Assembly: GCA_964016885.1 (NCBI GenBank)
Contig: OZ024743.1
Location: 369,520,001-369,584,000, forward strand
From: Eledone cirrhosa
Lineage: Eukaryota
DNA: 64,000 bases
Direction of reading: 5' to 3'
Below the pieces are notes generated by a model. The model was not told the DNA's origin. It worked only from the letters and a program-made list of their open reading frames with translations, and made no database searches. Below are positions 33,185 through 47,408 of the stretch, piece by piece. Position 1 is the first letter of the stretch, and every line of letters starts with the position of its first letter. Position numbers and translations under genes: made by a program.

Positions 33185-33904
33185 ATATATATATATACAC
33201 ACACATATGTGTGTGTATGTATGTGTACAAATATGTGTTTATATATATATATATGTGTGTGTGTATGTGTTTATATATATATATATTTAGAGTGTGTGTG
33301 TGGATTTTAGTTCAAAACTTGGAGCATCAACACAAGGAGGCATTCATGTTGAGTGAGTATAGTGATTGTAAGGCCATCATGCTCTGGCTAGCAATGTGTG
33401 TTAGTAAAAGTACCCATTAGTATATTATTGATTATTGCTCTGCAACAGCTTTGCAAACTGATCTGACAGCAATAACAGCAGTAAAAATGGTGAATGCAGC
33501 AGCAGCAAAAGTAAGAGGAAGGAGATAAGAGAAAAAAATGAATTATAAAAAAAATCAATGAATAGACTAAGTGCATTTTTTTCATTAAATTATATTTCAC
33601 TTTAGGGTTTCCAACCAGTTTGGATCCTTCATTTAAAAATAATTCATATCCTCTTTTTCCTTTCTAATGCTCTCTTCCTATTTCTACCAGTACTGCCATT
33701 GTCTCCCTTTCTCTCACTCACTCATTCTCTCACCCTTTCGCTCACTCCTTCTCTCATCCCTTTTGTGTCTCTTTTTTTTCTTTCTTTCTCTGTCTTTCTA
33801 TCTCTTTCTCTCACTCTCACTTTCTCTAATCCTCTCATTCTCGCCACTCCTCTCTCTCATTTTCATTCATTCTAGTCTGCTGAAAATATTACATAGTACT
33901 CATT

Positions 33905-34105
33905 AGTATTGGCAGTATCGGTAGAGGGTCGGGTGCCATGCTTTGAAGCATAGAGTTACGCCCCTTTCTGATCTGAGTTCAAATCCCGCCGAGGTTAACT
34001 TTGCCTTTCATCCTTACAGGGTCGATAAAATAAAATTAAAGTACCAGTAATGCACTGAAATAATTGCTGGCCTTGTGCCAAAAGTAGAAACAATTATTAT
34101 TATTA
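33905..34105 (+). mobile_element. tRNA-derived SINE
   Basis: TGGCAGTATCGG A-box-like and GAGTTCAAATCC B-box; ends GGCCTTGTGCCAAAAGTAGAAAC(ATT)n; homologous to 42768-42959 and 57795-58030. Confidence 0.75.
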
Positions 34106-34614
34106 TTTTTCCTTCTCTTGCTGTCAATATGATTGTGTTGATTACAAATGGAAGAAATATTACATCATTGCAGAACATCATCATGATCACTGTTTAAACG
34201 TCCATTTTCCATGCTAGCATGGGTTAGACAAGTTGTCCTGTTGTGAGGCAAGTTCAATCAGATGACCGTGTCTTGCTCCATCAATATAAAATGGATAGGT
34301 GGTAGGATTGTCATCATCATCATCATCATCTAATGTCTGTTTTCCTTATTAGTTGGATGGGTCTACATAGACCAAGTCAGTTCTGAAGCAGGGCTACTGA
34401 CCTCCTAGACAGGTCAAGGTGTCGGCACCCTGCATATGTATGGTCATATCGAGTGCAGAGGAGAGGTTGTCATGTCTTTTAATATAAACTGAAGGGTCCT
34501 CCTTGTGTTGATTATAAATGCTATATTATTGCAGAAATTTATAACTGTGGTGAACATCAATATATGAAATAGATAGTTGGTAGGAATTAAGTTTTTGGTG
34601 AACTAAAACTGCCA

Positions 34615-35045
34615 CATAGTTGGTATCGACACAGTCTCCACCTCTTGCACCAACTCCTCTGCCTCCTTCATTGTGTTTGTCACCAGAGCTATGTCATCAG
34701 CAAATTCAGCATCTGATACCTTTTTAACCATAACTCTCTTGTTCTGAGCCAGTTAACAGTGCAGCCTGAGTCCTGGTGTTTCTCCAGTGCAAGGCGCACA
34801 CAATAGTCCTCTGTGATGATGTAAAGGTAGGGAGCCAATGTATTACCCTGGAGCATTCCAGCCAGTATCAAGTGTGATAACTTGCACTCTGTTGTTGGTG
34901 TAGAGGTGGAGACTGTGTCGATAAGTGTGGGCCTGAAAATGAATGAGAGTAAGACGAAGTATCTGGTGGAAAACATCAAGGAACCAGAGAAGATTATCAA
35001 TGTGAGTGGGAAGCCGCTAGAGTTGGTATATCGATTTACTATCTA
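34615..35045. mobile_element. LINE RT fragment with internal inversion
   Basis: The minus strand gives GMLQGNTLAPYLYII..EFADDIAL..VQEVETVSI; the plus strand continues VETVSISVGLKMNESKTKY. Confidence 0.7.
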
Positions 35046-38000
35046 CTGGTCATGGTTGGAGAATTGGATTTGTAATCGTGAGGTTGTGAGTTTGATTCCA
35101 GGAGCAAGCAATGCTTTATGTCCTTGAGCAAGACATTTTATTTCATGCTGCTCTTTCTACCAGATCAAATACAAGTTCTGTGTGATGCCCCAACAATTCT
35201 ACTAATTCCTTACTTTATCTCGGTTTTTGTACATGTGTTGTGTTCACTTTAAATGGGTTGAACTGGTTCCAACCAGTGAATCATGGACAGATTCTGACCA
35301 TGCTTGGGGCTCACAGATATTTGATATGGAGATTATCAACCAGTAGTGATTCCAATGACAGATGCTATATATTGATTCAAAATATGATTTGATTGTGTGC
35401 ATGCACACATACATGCAGAGAGAGAGAGAGAGATTTTTGCAAAGAGGGAAAGTGAGAGAGAGATAAAAATGAATATAGATATAGGTGCAGTAAAGAAATT
35501 GTGTGTTAAGAGAGATAGTTTTGTTTCCTACTTTAAATTGAGTAGCAATAAATATTTAAAAAAAAGGTTGGAAACAAACTGTAGTACAACATTGCAGTCT
35601 CCACAACAACCAGTACTGTACTGATGTCACTGTATCATACTAGGCTCTATAATATATTGTGACCAACTGGTATATTTAAGAATTTCACTAATACCAACTG
35701 TAGTACAGTGTTTCAGTCTCCACAATGATCAGTGATGGATAAATGTTACTCTATACTGACTGTATCAAACTAGCTCTATTTTAATCAACTGGCATATTTG
35801 AAGTACTTCACCTGTGCAAATGTTGGATTTTTCCAGTTAAAAACTCAACTTTGAAAGAATTGATTCTGCCTGATGTTAAAAACTGAAGATAACAGAAAAT
35901 ATTTTCTCTCATCTAAACCAGTTTTTTTATATCTCATTTTATTCATCATTTATGTTTTTATCATCTTCCTCCTCTTCTTATGTGTGCTTTTCCATACCTG
36001 TGTGCATTGAACTTTCATAATTGAATGCAAGGTTTTTCTGGATTGATGCCCTTCCTATTCACTTTTACAACATAGACTGGGTGGATTTTTTGAGCTACCA
36101 GCACTATAGAGGTTAGCTAACAGGACTTAAGAGTCTTCTCTACCTTGTATCAGTTTTTATTCAGAGTGACTGCTCCTGTAGATGGATTGCTTTCACTATG
36201 CCCTACAGAGTCTGTGTCCACTCTTCTCAGTCTTGTTTATTTGGAACGATTGCTTTCCCTGTGATATATGAAGCCCATGTCCACTACAAAACTTATCTCT
36301 TATAAAAAGTAAATGGCGCTGATGATGAAAATACACCATTGAGGGATAGATTTAAAAACAAGGTTTTTGTCATTGTTGGTGGCTTGTCTTATCAAGGTAT
36401 CAGGTGATACCTATGAGAGTGTTTGGTTATTCCAGTGTCTTAGCTTTACTATCACCTATGGCAATGCTGCAATGTGTTGGCTTGCTTCAAAATTTATTTA
36501 AGGGAAACTGCAGTGGCATATGTTGTGGTGTGTGACTGAATATACACCGCTTCTAACACATTTAAATTTTTTTTATATATACATTGTGTATTTGTATGCA
36601 TAATTATGTGAAATTAAATGTATATTTCCTCATTTTCAAATTAAAAAACAAAATTTATATTAATACAGTAATAGATCTATATATATATATACAATAAGAA
36701 AGAAATGATATTTATTATAAAGAGGAACCATGTGAAGGGAAAGAGGTGAAAGGAAAAAGAAAAAGGAAGTGACTCTTTCATTCGATAACTATATTATATA
36801 AAGTTTATATAATAATTATATTATAAACCTTTAGTTTTACTGAAATGGAGCAAAGGCTTCATTCCAAAAATATATATATTTTAATTTTGAAATAATGTGT
36901 ACATCCCAACATAAATGACCATAATAATAGTTGAGAAAATTGGTTAAAGTACACCCAAGAGAGAGAAAATGTTGATAGAAGTGTCTCTGTCTACATTTTC
37001 CTATCTTCTGGGATGCTTTACCAATTTTCTAAACCACTATTTATAGTGATTGACTATTATCATGTTCATTTACGTCGGGATGCAACATTTCAATTTCTTT
37101 ATAAATTCCCAAATCTTTTCAAGGCAACCACTTTATTTACACATTTTCTCTCTGTTGTCTGTCTCTTTAATTGTCATCATCATCGTCATCTTTTAATGTG
37201 CGTGTTCCTTGCTAGCAAGGGTTGGACTAAACTAATAAATATTATTTTTTCTCTTTAAAAAAATGTTGAATTTACTTGAAAGGTAGTAATAAAATGTTAA
37301 ATGTTGCCCAATTCACTGCAGCGTTTATACTTTGACCTGTTCTTCTTCCCTTGTTTCCTACAACTCAACCAAACCAATCTAAATAGTAGAGTTGCAGTGA
37401 AGCTTTTGGCTAATTTCCAGATTTTTTCACCTGAAACTTTTTAGCTTTATGCTATCTCTTCAAAATATTTAGAATTCTCACCACTGCTGCCACTACACCC
37501 TCACCAACATCATCACCATGGCCACTGCTACCACAACCACTGCCACCGCCACCACCTTATACATTCAATACTCATGAAATGTGTATGTATGTGTTATATC
37601 AATTTAAAATGTGTAATAAGAAGTCATATAAAAAAAAATTGTCTAAGATTTCCCCACTTTACATAAATTCTATAATTTGTTTGTTTTTTAATTATTTAGT
37701 TTATTTTAAATTGTTTTTAAGTTTTATTACATAAATCATTTTTCAACCTTCATCATTAAAAAAAAAATGTGAGACAAATCAAGTTAATTCTTAAATCAAA
37801 GAACAATACAGCTAGGTGTGTGTATATTGGTATGTATGTGTGTGTGTGTATATGTATTTATGTATGTGTGTATGTGTGCATATGTATATGTGTTTGGATG
37901 TGTGTAACATGTAGTTTCCTTTGTATATTATTATTCCTTATTTGATCATGACTTGTGCTGCGGCCTTCTGCGTAAATGAAGGAATTACCTCCACTGTCAG

Positions 38001-39669
38001 AATGTCAGAAGCACTCACTTATTCAGTATGTGCCAATCTTCTATCCCCCTTTCTACTAGCTATTCATTAGCTTTCTTTACAATCAACACTTAATTAAACT
38101 TTATTTTTTATTCATTTATTTAATCTCTTTCCCCATCACCACTACCTTCCCAAAATTACCTAATCATTTACCTGAGATGAAAGAAAAATTAAATCATCAT
38201 CATCATTGCTAGCATAGATTGATTTTTAGTTTATTATATATTATTGCCATGATGCAAATTTCTATAGGTATCTTAATCTTTTTTTACCTTTGACCTCATA
38301 TGTTAGAGGACCAGTAGTCTTGGATCTAATTCAACTGTTTCCTTTCAGGTTTTCTTTTATTTTTAATACATAGTCAGGAGAAAGGGCAGTGCCCATGGCC
38401 TTTTTTCAAGGCTCTTAAGACTGATAGGATTCGGGAAAGTTATTCATCTTCAGATGCAAGCCTAGCTTGATTGCTTGCAACAAAGTAAACTTTGATGAAA
38501 GCACCTGAGAGCCAGGTGGTGATGTTAACATATTAAGTCTACCTACATTTTTCTGCCAGGAGTCGATAGAATCAGCAATGGAATGACCAATGGAAACATT
38601 GTTTCCTTGGTCCGATTTGATAAGTTCCACCTGACTTTGTAAGCGCTTGAGGTCTGGGATCTTGTTGATTGACTTTCCTATACCATTAGCAAAATGAATT
38701 GTAGAAATTTGCTTTTTTATTGAGTATTGGCATTATTGCATCTCCGAACCACTATAATTTAACTCTTTCCTTTCTGAAAAATTTATGTTGTTAAGCCAAA
38801 AGACTATATTTATCTTCTCTTTTCTCCCCCAATTCGTTGCTATTCTTCTACATTTCCTGCTCATTTTATGTGTCAATACCCTTATGCCTTAAATGAGATA
38901 TAGAATAATAAAAAAAATAAAAAAAACAATTGAATATCCTAATGCATAAATATGAGTTAATTTTGCTAAAGAATCTATATTCAGCATTTAAATATTTGTA
39001 GAAACAATCTTGATGTATCTGCTATCAAGATTGAAGTGATAATAGTCCCACCATAATAGCATTGCCTGTTATCCAATGAGATATCAGCTGGTGTGTTTGT
39101 AAAGATCTCTAGTTTGTTTTTTAATTTTTATTTTGGTGTTTGCATCTGTTGAGAATTATCTTTTGAAGATTTAATCTAAAAATAAGCAAGAATACTGTCA
39201 GATAAGAGATTGCAAGAAAAACTGTATGCATACTGTTTGTGTGCTTTTAACTTGTAACTAAGGTTTGTTACTGTTGTATTTATATAAGTTTTTAAGTGTA
39301 TATATATATTTATATATAAATACACATAGACTTACATATGCAGAAACTATTGTGTGTCTGTACAGTTCATTATTAATGCAGTTTTGTATACCTACTATGA
39401 TGTGGTGACTGAAAGTGAGTTATGTATGTGAAGCCACTTAAATGACAAAAAACTATTTTACTTGAATTTTATTTGCTTCTTGATATAGTTTCATAAGTAT
39501 CCTAACAAAAATACTACCTCTATCATCATCATCACCATTTAACATCCATTTTCCATGCTAGCATGGGTTAGACGGGTTGTCCTATTTGAGGCAAGTCGAG
39601 ATCAGATGACACTGTCTTGGGTTATATGTGTTATTCATACTTATGTTAAAACACATTGTAGTTGTCAAT

Positions 39670-40009
39670 TGGTTATAGCAAGCGTTTTCGTGAAATAGCA
39701 TTTCAGTGGTTATAGCAAGCGTTTTCGGGAAATAACATTTCAGTGGTTATAGCAAGCGTTTTCGTGAAATAGCATTTCAGTGGTTATAGCAAGCGTTTTC
39801 GGGAAATAACATTTCAGTGGTTATAGCAAGCGTTTTCGTGAAATAACATTTCAGTGGTTATAGCAAGCGTTTTCGTGAAATAGCATTTCAGTGGTTATAG
39901 CAAGCGTTTTCGGGAAATAACATTTCAGTGGTTATAGCAAGCGTTTTCGTGAAATAACATTTCAGTGGTTATAGCAAGCGTTTTCGGGAAATAACATTTC
40001 AGTGGTTAT
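39670..40009. repeat. 37-bp minisatellite, 9 full copies plus a partial
   Basis: Unit TGGTTATAGCAAGCGTTTTCG(T/G)GAAATA(G/A)CATTTCAG, no spacers. Confidence 0.95.
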
Positions 40010-40334
40010 TGTCAATTTTTATATCTTAAATATCCGAAAGAGGAACCAATGTTTATAGTATAATTCATACTTTAGAGTCTCAAACTACAAATGTTATTGT
40101 AATAAAAACATTTTTAAGGATATATAAATCCCAGAAATTATGTATAGATATTTACCTATTATTTTCTAGTCAGGATTTAAAAGAAACATTCTAGCTTTGC
40201 TATTTGATGTTAAACAAATTGGTTTTTTTTTGGTTTTTTTTGTAGCTGTATCTTTTCAGGAAAAGATGCAGCTTGGAATAAAGCACCTATGTGGAGTTAA
40301 TTAATTGAGAATTTTTGGTTTTTCTCCACTATTG

Positions 40335-40970
40335 GTATCTGGTAGAGAACATCAAGAAGCCAGAGAGGATTATGAATGTGGGCAGGAAGCTGCTAGAGCT
40401 GGTTGAGAGATTCCTGTATCTGGGAGCAAAGATTAGGAACACAGAGAAGGATGTGGTGGAGAGGAAGAGCAAAGCCTGGGCAGCGTGTCACAGTTTACGG
40501 TCGGTGTAGCACTTGGACCTTCGTAAAGACTTGAAGATTCATTTCTTTGTTGCTACAGGGAAGTTTGTGCTGCTGTATGGGCCTGAAACTTGGACACTTA
40601 CCAAGAGATTCACTCAGATGGTGGATGGGTGCTACATGAGGATCTTGAGGATGGGTCTGAACATTATCCAGTAGACACTGAGGATGAACAACTCAGAGCT
40701 GTACAAGAGCCTTCCAAAAGCAGCTTGAAAGTAACACAGAGGAGTCTGAGGTTTGCTGGACATTCAGAGCTGACACTGCACTCAGTGGTCCTGTGGGAGG
40801 CCCTACACGGATGCACTGGATGCACTGGAATAATGAGACCGAAGATGACATATGTTGTTGCCCTAAGGCCAGACACAGGTCTCTGTGAAACATGTGACAT
40901 ACCCGTGATGACGAAGGACAGAACTTGCTGGATAGAATTTGTCCATGGATCTCAAGAATTTTTCCCTCCC
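40335..40970 (+). mobile_element. Decayed LINE 3' fragment (same family as 34615-35045)
   Basis: YLVENIKKPERIMNVGRKLLELVERFLYLG..KAWAAC..LLYG.ETWTL..LRFAGH. Confidence 0.7.
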
Positions 40971-41224
40971 TAGATATATTTATATACCATCATCATCATT
41001 GTTTTTACATCCGCTTTACTATGCTTGCATGGGTTGGACAGGTCCTTCTCAGCACGGCATCTCTCCACTTGTCGTGTTCTTTCGTCATCTCCTCAGCCAG
41101 CCTTAGTGATTTGAGGACAGCTCATACAACTGTATGTGATTGCTCCAATGACTTCCAAGGCCCACCCTACTTAGACATAACTGGCCACATTCTTTTACTG
41201 GCTAAATGAACCTGCATGCCATAT

Positions 41225-41255
<31 letters not shown>

Positions 41256-41262
41256 CACACAC

Positions 41263-41357
41263 ACCAACCAACCGGAAATTTATAATAAATTGAAATGAAA
41301 ACCAACAGGTGGGGTGTGTTTTATTGACAGCATGACCCTCCCAAATTATAACAATAT
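41263..41357 (+). mobile_element. Terminal fragment of the Penelope-like element seen at 46699-48609
   Basis: Matches ~48491-48609 (CCAACC..GGAAATTTAT..CATGACCCTCCCAAA.TATAACAATAT) and lies between microsatellites. Confidence 0.65.
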
Positions 41358-41431
41358 ATATATATATACACATATTTATATATACAGTCTATTTTAACAT
41401 CCATTTTCCAAACTAGCATGGGTAGGAAGGG

Positions 41432-41465
<34 letters not shown>

Positions 41466-42767
41466 TTTATTTCACGTTGCTCCTTCTACCTGGAGTTGCG
41501 ACCGATAGATAGTATTAGCAATTGGAAAGACCAACGGAAACATTGTTCCCTCGGTCCGATTTGACGAAAGTCGATCGTTCCTTTTATATATATATATATA
41601 TAGTCCTACCCTTGCTAGTTTGGAAAATGGATGTTAAATGATGATACGCACACACTATCCCTGTGATTGTCAAATTGAAAGAAATGAGTTATTGAAATAA
41701 CTCTATTCTGCACAATGATTTTTATCTTCTAGAACTTTATTGACTCTTAAGTTTGATATAATTACTTTTCTAAACAATAATTAAATTTTCAAATGTCAAG
41801 AGGGTATTGAGTTCAAATCTTGCCAAGGTCATCTTTGCCTATCCTCATTTTAGGGTCGATAAAATAGAGGACCAATCAATCTCAATGGATTAGCAAAATT
41901 GTTAGAGTTTGATATGTGTTCAAATTTAAATCTCCCTGATGGTCTGAGTTAACCACCCAATCACGAAACCACAACAGATTATGAAAGCTGCAAGGTTTGT
42001 GACTGTCTGCTACTGTATTCAAGCCATAATGATAATTATAATCATTATTTGTTTGTAGATACTCTCAATATTTCTATTATATTATTTTTATATCAGTATT
42101 TATAGAAAAAGCAGAAAAAGATTAAGAACTCTTACATTTTCAAAATTTTGATTCTTTTGATTTTGCAAGAAGATCCTTATACAATACAATACAGAGGAAC
42201 TGGATAGTTGTGATGTTCATTTCTTTCTGAAGGACACTGTAACATATTCCTGGTTACATTCAGTGCTGTTTAAACTAGTGTCATTGTTCTTAATTCAATG
42301 CTGTAAATAATAGAAAACTTTAGCTGCATTCATAGCAGGCTCATTCTGTCAGTCACTTGCACTCATCCTTACCTGTTTTTAGTTTCAGCTGTTGTGACAT
42401 TCTGTATATTTCACTTGTGACTCAGCTGGATTATGTGTATGTTATTGCTGTTTCACATCCATTTATTATTTTTTTCTATGATAAGTGGAATGGCAGTTGT
42501 AGTTAGAGCATGTATTTTCCTCTTTGTTTTGCACCTGACTCTCCTGCCTGCTGTTAAAGGAGTAGGGTTGAAACATATTGTTACCCAGCCAGGTGGGAGT
42601 AGAGTACCATATATAAGCTGACCACCTATTTTATGTTTGAGAAATAGACAAAACTCCTAACCCTGTGTGTAAGCTGAGGCAGGTAATAAACACATTATGT
42701 TTAGATGGTGCAGTTTTGAAATTCTCATGAGTGGAGATTATATTTATGAAGTTTTAATATATATATA

Positions 42768-42959
42768 TAATTGTTTCTACTTTTGGCACAAGGCCAGCAA
42801 ATACCCAGTGCATTACTGGTACTTTATTTTATTGATCCTGTAAGGATGAAAGGCAAAGTTAACCTTGGCGGGATTTGAACTCAGAATTGCAAGGGCCGTA
42901 ACTCTATACGTCAAAGCATGGCGTCTGACCCTCTACCGATACTGCCAATCCACCGCCCT
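42768..42959 (-). mobile_element. tRNA-derived SINE
   Basis: Reverse complement of the 33905-34105 family. Confidence 0.75.
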
Positions 42960-43564
42960 ATCATCATCATCATCATCATCGTTTAACGTCCAAACCCACG
43001 CTTGCGTGGGTTTGGACGGGAGTTTTCCCACTTGAGGCAAGAGTGGTTGTCTTGCTCGCATAGGACTGTCTGGTGGGTTTTCTACGGCTGGATGCCCTTC
43101 CTAACACCAACCACATTTACAGTGTGAAACTGGGAGGTTTTTACCGTGTTACCTACATGGCCACATTACAGCGTGGATTGTGTGTTTTTTTGTCGTGACA
43201 CCTACACGACCTCATTTGTTTCGGGCTGGATGTATTTTGTTAGAGGTGCCTACTGACTGTAGTAGGTTTTACTTTGTATTCAGGTAAGGCGGGTCTTCTC
43301 TATTACTGTGTAGCGCCAAAGGTCTCGGTCCAGTGACATTGTCTTGGAGAAGTGTGAGGTCGGAATTTATCAAGTCATCCCAGGTTTTTCTGGGTCTGCC
43401 TACTCCGTGGCTACCGTCTATTTTTATTGCCCTGCACTTTTTTATACAGCTGTCGTCTTTCATGCGCATCACGTGACCATACCAACGTAGTCTTCTCTCG
43501 AGTAAACAACATCTCTTATTTCTAGCTTTTCCCTTAGTTCGTTTATGCTTTGCCGTTCACGTAT
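42960..43564 (-). mobile_element. RTE family A 3' fragment with (GAT)n tail
   Basis: MRMKDDSCIKKCRAIKIDGSHGVGRPRKTW plus UTR, with small deletions. Confidence 0.88.
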
Positions 43565-43844
43565 GTATATATATAATGTTTTAAGTGTTGTTTAGAGTAT
43601 AGATTTTTCACAACTCCATTACTTCATGATTTTTTTAATACCAAATTTTATCCATTTGAAGGCCATATTCATTCAAAACATATAAAAAAGAATAGGAAAT
43701 ATGAATTTGGAAACTGATCACTGATCTCTTATATCGATCAGGCAAACAATAACCTGAGACAGCAACAGTCTCATGTAAGAAGAAAAAGAAGCTAAATTTG
43801 AAGAATTTAATAAATAATTGACAGTCCAACTGTAGAGAAGCCAT

Positions 43845-43988
43845 TACATTCAGGCAATACCACTGCCACCATCACCCCCCTACATTCAGGCAATACCACT
43901 GCCACCATCACCCCCCTACATTCAGGCAATACCACTGCCACCATCACCCCCCTATATTCAGGCAATACCACTGCCACCATCACCTCCC
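43845..43988. repeat. 36-bp minisatellite, ~4 copies
   Basis: Unit TACATTCAGGCAATACCACTGCCACCATCACCCCCC. Confidence 0.9.
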
Positions 43989-45971
43989 ATTTTCCTCTCA
44001 AATGTTCTGCTAAAGCAAGATAAGAAAAAAAGGAAATTTATGGCTCTTATCTAAAATCTGTGTAATTTTCTCTTGTGTTTTATCTGGTACTAAGTAACTT
44101 CTGATTGTCTTCTTGTACTTTTCAAGGTCTCTTGGCTGCCTCTTGAACCTTACTGATAATGAGAGAAACAATAATTAATTGTTTAGTTGTAGGGAATACA
44201 AGAAACAAAAACAACTAGAGAATATGATAGGGGAAGATTAAATAACCCTTAAAAGTTTTTAATGCATATGAACTACAATGTATCATTAGAAAACGATGTG
44301 CCACAGATGGACTACAGGAAGGTTGTTGCTTAAACTCAAATCAACTCTTAACTAAGCACTCCTATAATCATAGACGTTTCACCCATGACCATCCTGTCTT
44401 TCATTCAGAAATAGTATGTCTCGGACCAAATTATTTAATGTAACTTTCTTTTCTTTAAGATGATAAAGTGTGATTTGAGAGAGATTTTGTTGCTATTTCT
44501 AGCAGGTCAATTTACCAGAGGCTCTTTCATTGGGTCATCTGTTGAAGGGTAGCAACTAATGGAAGGATTTGAAAACTCCTACTGTCTCCTTATAATCTGT
44601 ATAATCATATAGACTTTTAGAAAAAGTGTTCAATACTGTACATATGAGGTCAATATTATATGTATATGATGCAGGCTAGTGTTGATGCCATGATAAAATA
44701 CACCTAGTCCACTCTGTAAAGTGGTAGTGTTGGTGTCAAGAAAAATGCACCCAGTACACTAAGTTGATTGGCTTTAGGAAGGGCATCCAGCTATAGAAAC
44801 CATGCCAAATATGGAATGTAACAAGCAAAATGGTTTGCTCGAACCAGTCTGCTCTCAGACTGTAACAATCTGTCCAAACCATGCTAGCAAGGAAAGTGGA
44901 CATAAAATGATGATATTGATGATATTGTTAGCTTTGAGTCACAAATTACTTTTTTGTATTATATTTAATGTAAAAGGTATATAAGAAATTTATTTATGAA
45001 ATATTTTAAAATTCATACATACATAATTGTTTCTACTTTTTGGCACAAGGCCAGCAATTACCCAGTGCATTACTGGTACTTTATTCATACATACATAATA
45101 AATGTCATCATATACAGAAATATTTACATCTATTTTTTGTCATAAAATATACCTGTAACAATAAAAATATGTCTGTGTAAAGCTATTAGCTCCTGCCTGA
45201 AGTTTATTGTATATGACTTTTGGGTTAAGCTAGCCTGACCACAGCTGATATATGTACATAAATATATATCTTTAAAGTACTTTGTTTTTTTAACTATTAT
45301 TACCCTTCTCAGAACTTGGAGTTGTCTTTGAGAAAGCATTACTAGTACGCTCTCTCCCCTTTTCTCTCTTTCTCTATCCTCTCTCTTTCTTTCCCCTATC
45401 TCTCGTAATATCTATATAGGTTACTTTTGAGTTCTCTTGTAACTGGAGAACTAATGATACTGATCAGAGTGCAGTAAGTGTTCTGTAGGATTTCACTTAT
45501 ATCCAGGTGTCTTTTAAATCACATTTTCAATATATAGCTTCATATATATAAGTCCTGGAGTGAAAGTTGACAAGACTGACAGTCTAACTTGAAACTAAGT
45601 AAACACCTTTCAAGTGTGTATGTCTGTGTGAATATGGCTTCCATATTGAAATTTGAATATTGTTAAACTTGATTTTTCTTTCAACACAGCCTTTATGCCC
45701 AAAATTTCTTTTATTTCAAAATAGGTCACCATAGAATTCAATAGTGAGTCCCCCCCCTCCTCACTTTCTTTCATAAAATATATTTCATTTTGCTCGTATT
45801 TGTCAGGTTCTTTATATAGGTATTTCAAACAAAAGTAACCCCCATCTCTCCCTATAATTTATCATGTTAATATTTTGTTTATATATTATATAAAACATTG
45901 ATTTCTTTTAACTTGGTACCATACTAAATTTTGTATAGTTGATTTAATTAAAATTAGTGTATTACTAATAA

Positions 45972-46270
45972 TAGAGCTGCTACTTCTCTGCATTGAGAGA
46001 TCACAGCTCCAATATTATGGACATGTTATTAGAATATCTCAGGAAATAATCATTGAACAGATTTTACAGGCAAAACCAATCAGCAGGAAACCCAGTGGTA
46101 GAACCTGAGCAGTATGATTGGTTAAAATCCATGAGCTTGGCTGGTCTCGCTTGGGGATCCAGCTGAATCAATTGGAGATAGTTGCTCCTGGCAAAACTTA
46201 CTTGAAGGCATGCTTGAAGACTCTGCCTCCCCAAACCCTCCCAAGAGTAAGTAGTCGAAAAAGAAGAAAT
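45972..46270 (+). mobile_element. Old RTE-like LINE family C fragment
   Basis: ELLLLCIERSQLQYYGHVIRISQE..KIHELGWSRLGIQ. Confidence 0.65.
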
Positions 46271-46846
46271 AGTTTTATTAGTTTGCTGACCATGAAAGGT
46301 AAAGTTGACATTGACAAGATTTGAACTCAGACTTTTGAAAAATGAAACTGAATATCATTTCAATGCCAACAAAATATGCTCATGGCCAATTAACCCCTCT
46401 CTCTGAAAATAAATAGGCACATCATATCCCTGTGTATGGTAAAAAGTGATTAAAAGGGTTATTGTCAAGAAGAGTATTTGGTTGTAAAATATTGCCTGAA
46501 AAAGCCCCACCTAAACCATGCCAGCATGGAAAAGTGGATGTAAAAAGGATGATGATTTCTTCTTCCCTCACTGTGTTATAATGGTAACTGAACTGTTGAG
46601 GACCTCATTTTAATTCAGTCAGAACTGTTTTATCAATATCACTAATCCTGTCATAGAGCAGAATCAGGTCAGATACTACTTGCTATTTTTACTATATATA
46701 TATTGTTATACTGTTGCCAATAAGAAACAAATGCACCAGTTGCTTTCATTTCAATTTATTATAAATTCTATACATATAAATTTCATAAATTTTATAAATT
46801 TCCGGTTGGTTGGTTGGTTCCACAACCGGATGGTTGTTCATATGTT

Positions 46847-46889
46847 GTCAAAGTTCTTTCGTCACACATTCTGTGACCTCTTCAGTGAC
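46847..46889 (-). ncRNA. Minimal type I hammerhead ribozyme
   Basis: GTCA-CTGAAGA-G-GTCACA[GAATG]TGTGAC-GAA-AG[AA]CT-T-TGAC; CUU triplet. Confidence 0.72.
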
Positions 46890-47408
46890 TGGGGATTCTT
46901 TTCTTTGTTTTGTGCCTCTCTTTTGTTCTGTCCTACACCATCTTTTTGTGTGTGTTGTGTGCTTGGTTTGCGCATATGTTACATCGGGGTGTCTGTGTGT
47001 TTTTATTTGTTTATTTACATGTTACTAGTTAGTTGTTTGTTCTATGTGTGTGTGTTTTCATTTTGTCCTTAATTATAAGTTGTGATGCTGCTATTCCATT
47101 CATGTTTTCTATTTAATTTTGGTTGGAGTTCATTTATGTTTATTGCCTCTGATTTGTCTAAGCATTGCGTCTTTTCTGTGTGTAGATTCTATTTTTATCT
47201 CTATGTTCTCTATTTTGCCTTTATGTTCTATTTTAGCATGTTGGTGGAGTATTGATGAGTCTTTTCTATCTTGGAGTTCTCGCCAGTGTTCATTTAATTG
47301 TTCTCCTATACTACGAGCTGTCTCACCTATGTACATTATATTCTTATTTTTACATTGTCCCTCAGTACATCTTATGCTATATATTATGTTTCAAGTTTTA
47401 CAGTTAAT

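Noticed and set aside
39670-40009. CRISPR array (37-bp repeats)
   Set aside because: The repeats are head-to-tail with no spacers, there are no cas genes, and the context is eukaryotic.
43807-44001. Repeat protein (VMVAVVLPECRG)n
   Set aside because: It is the translation of a 36-bp minisatellite.
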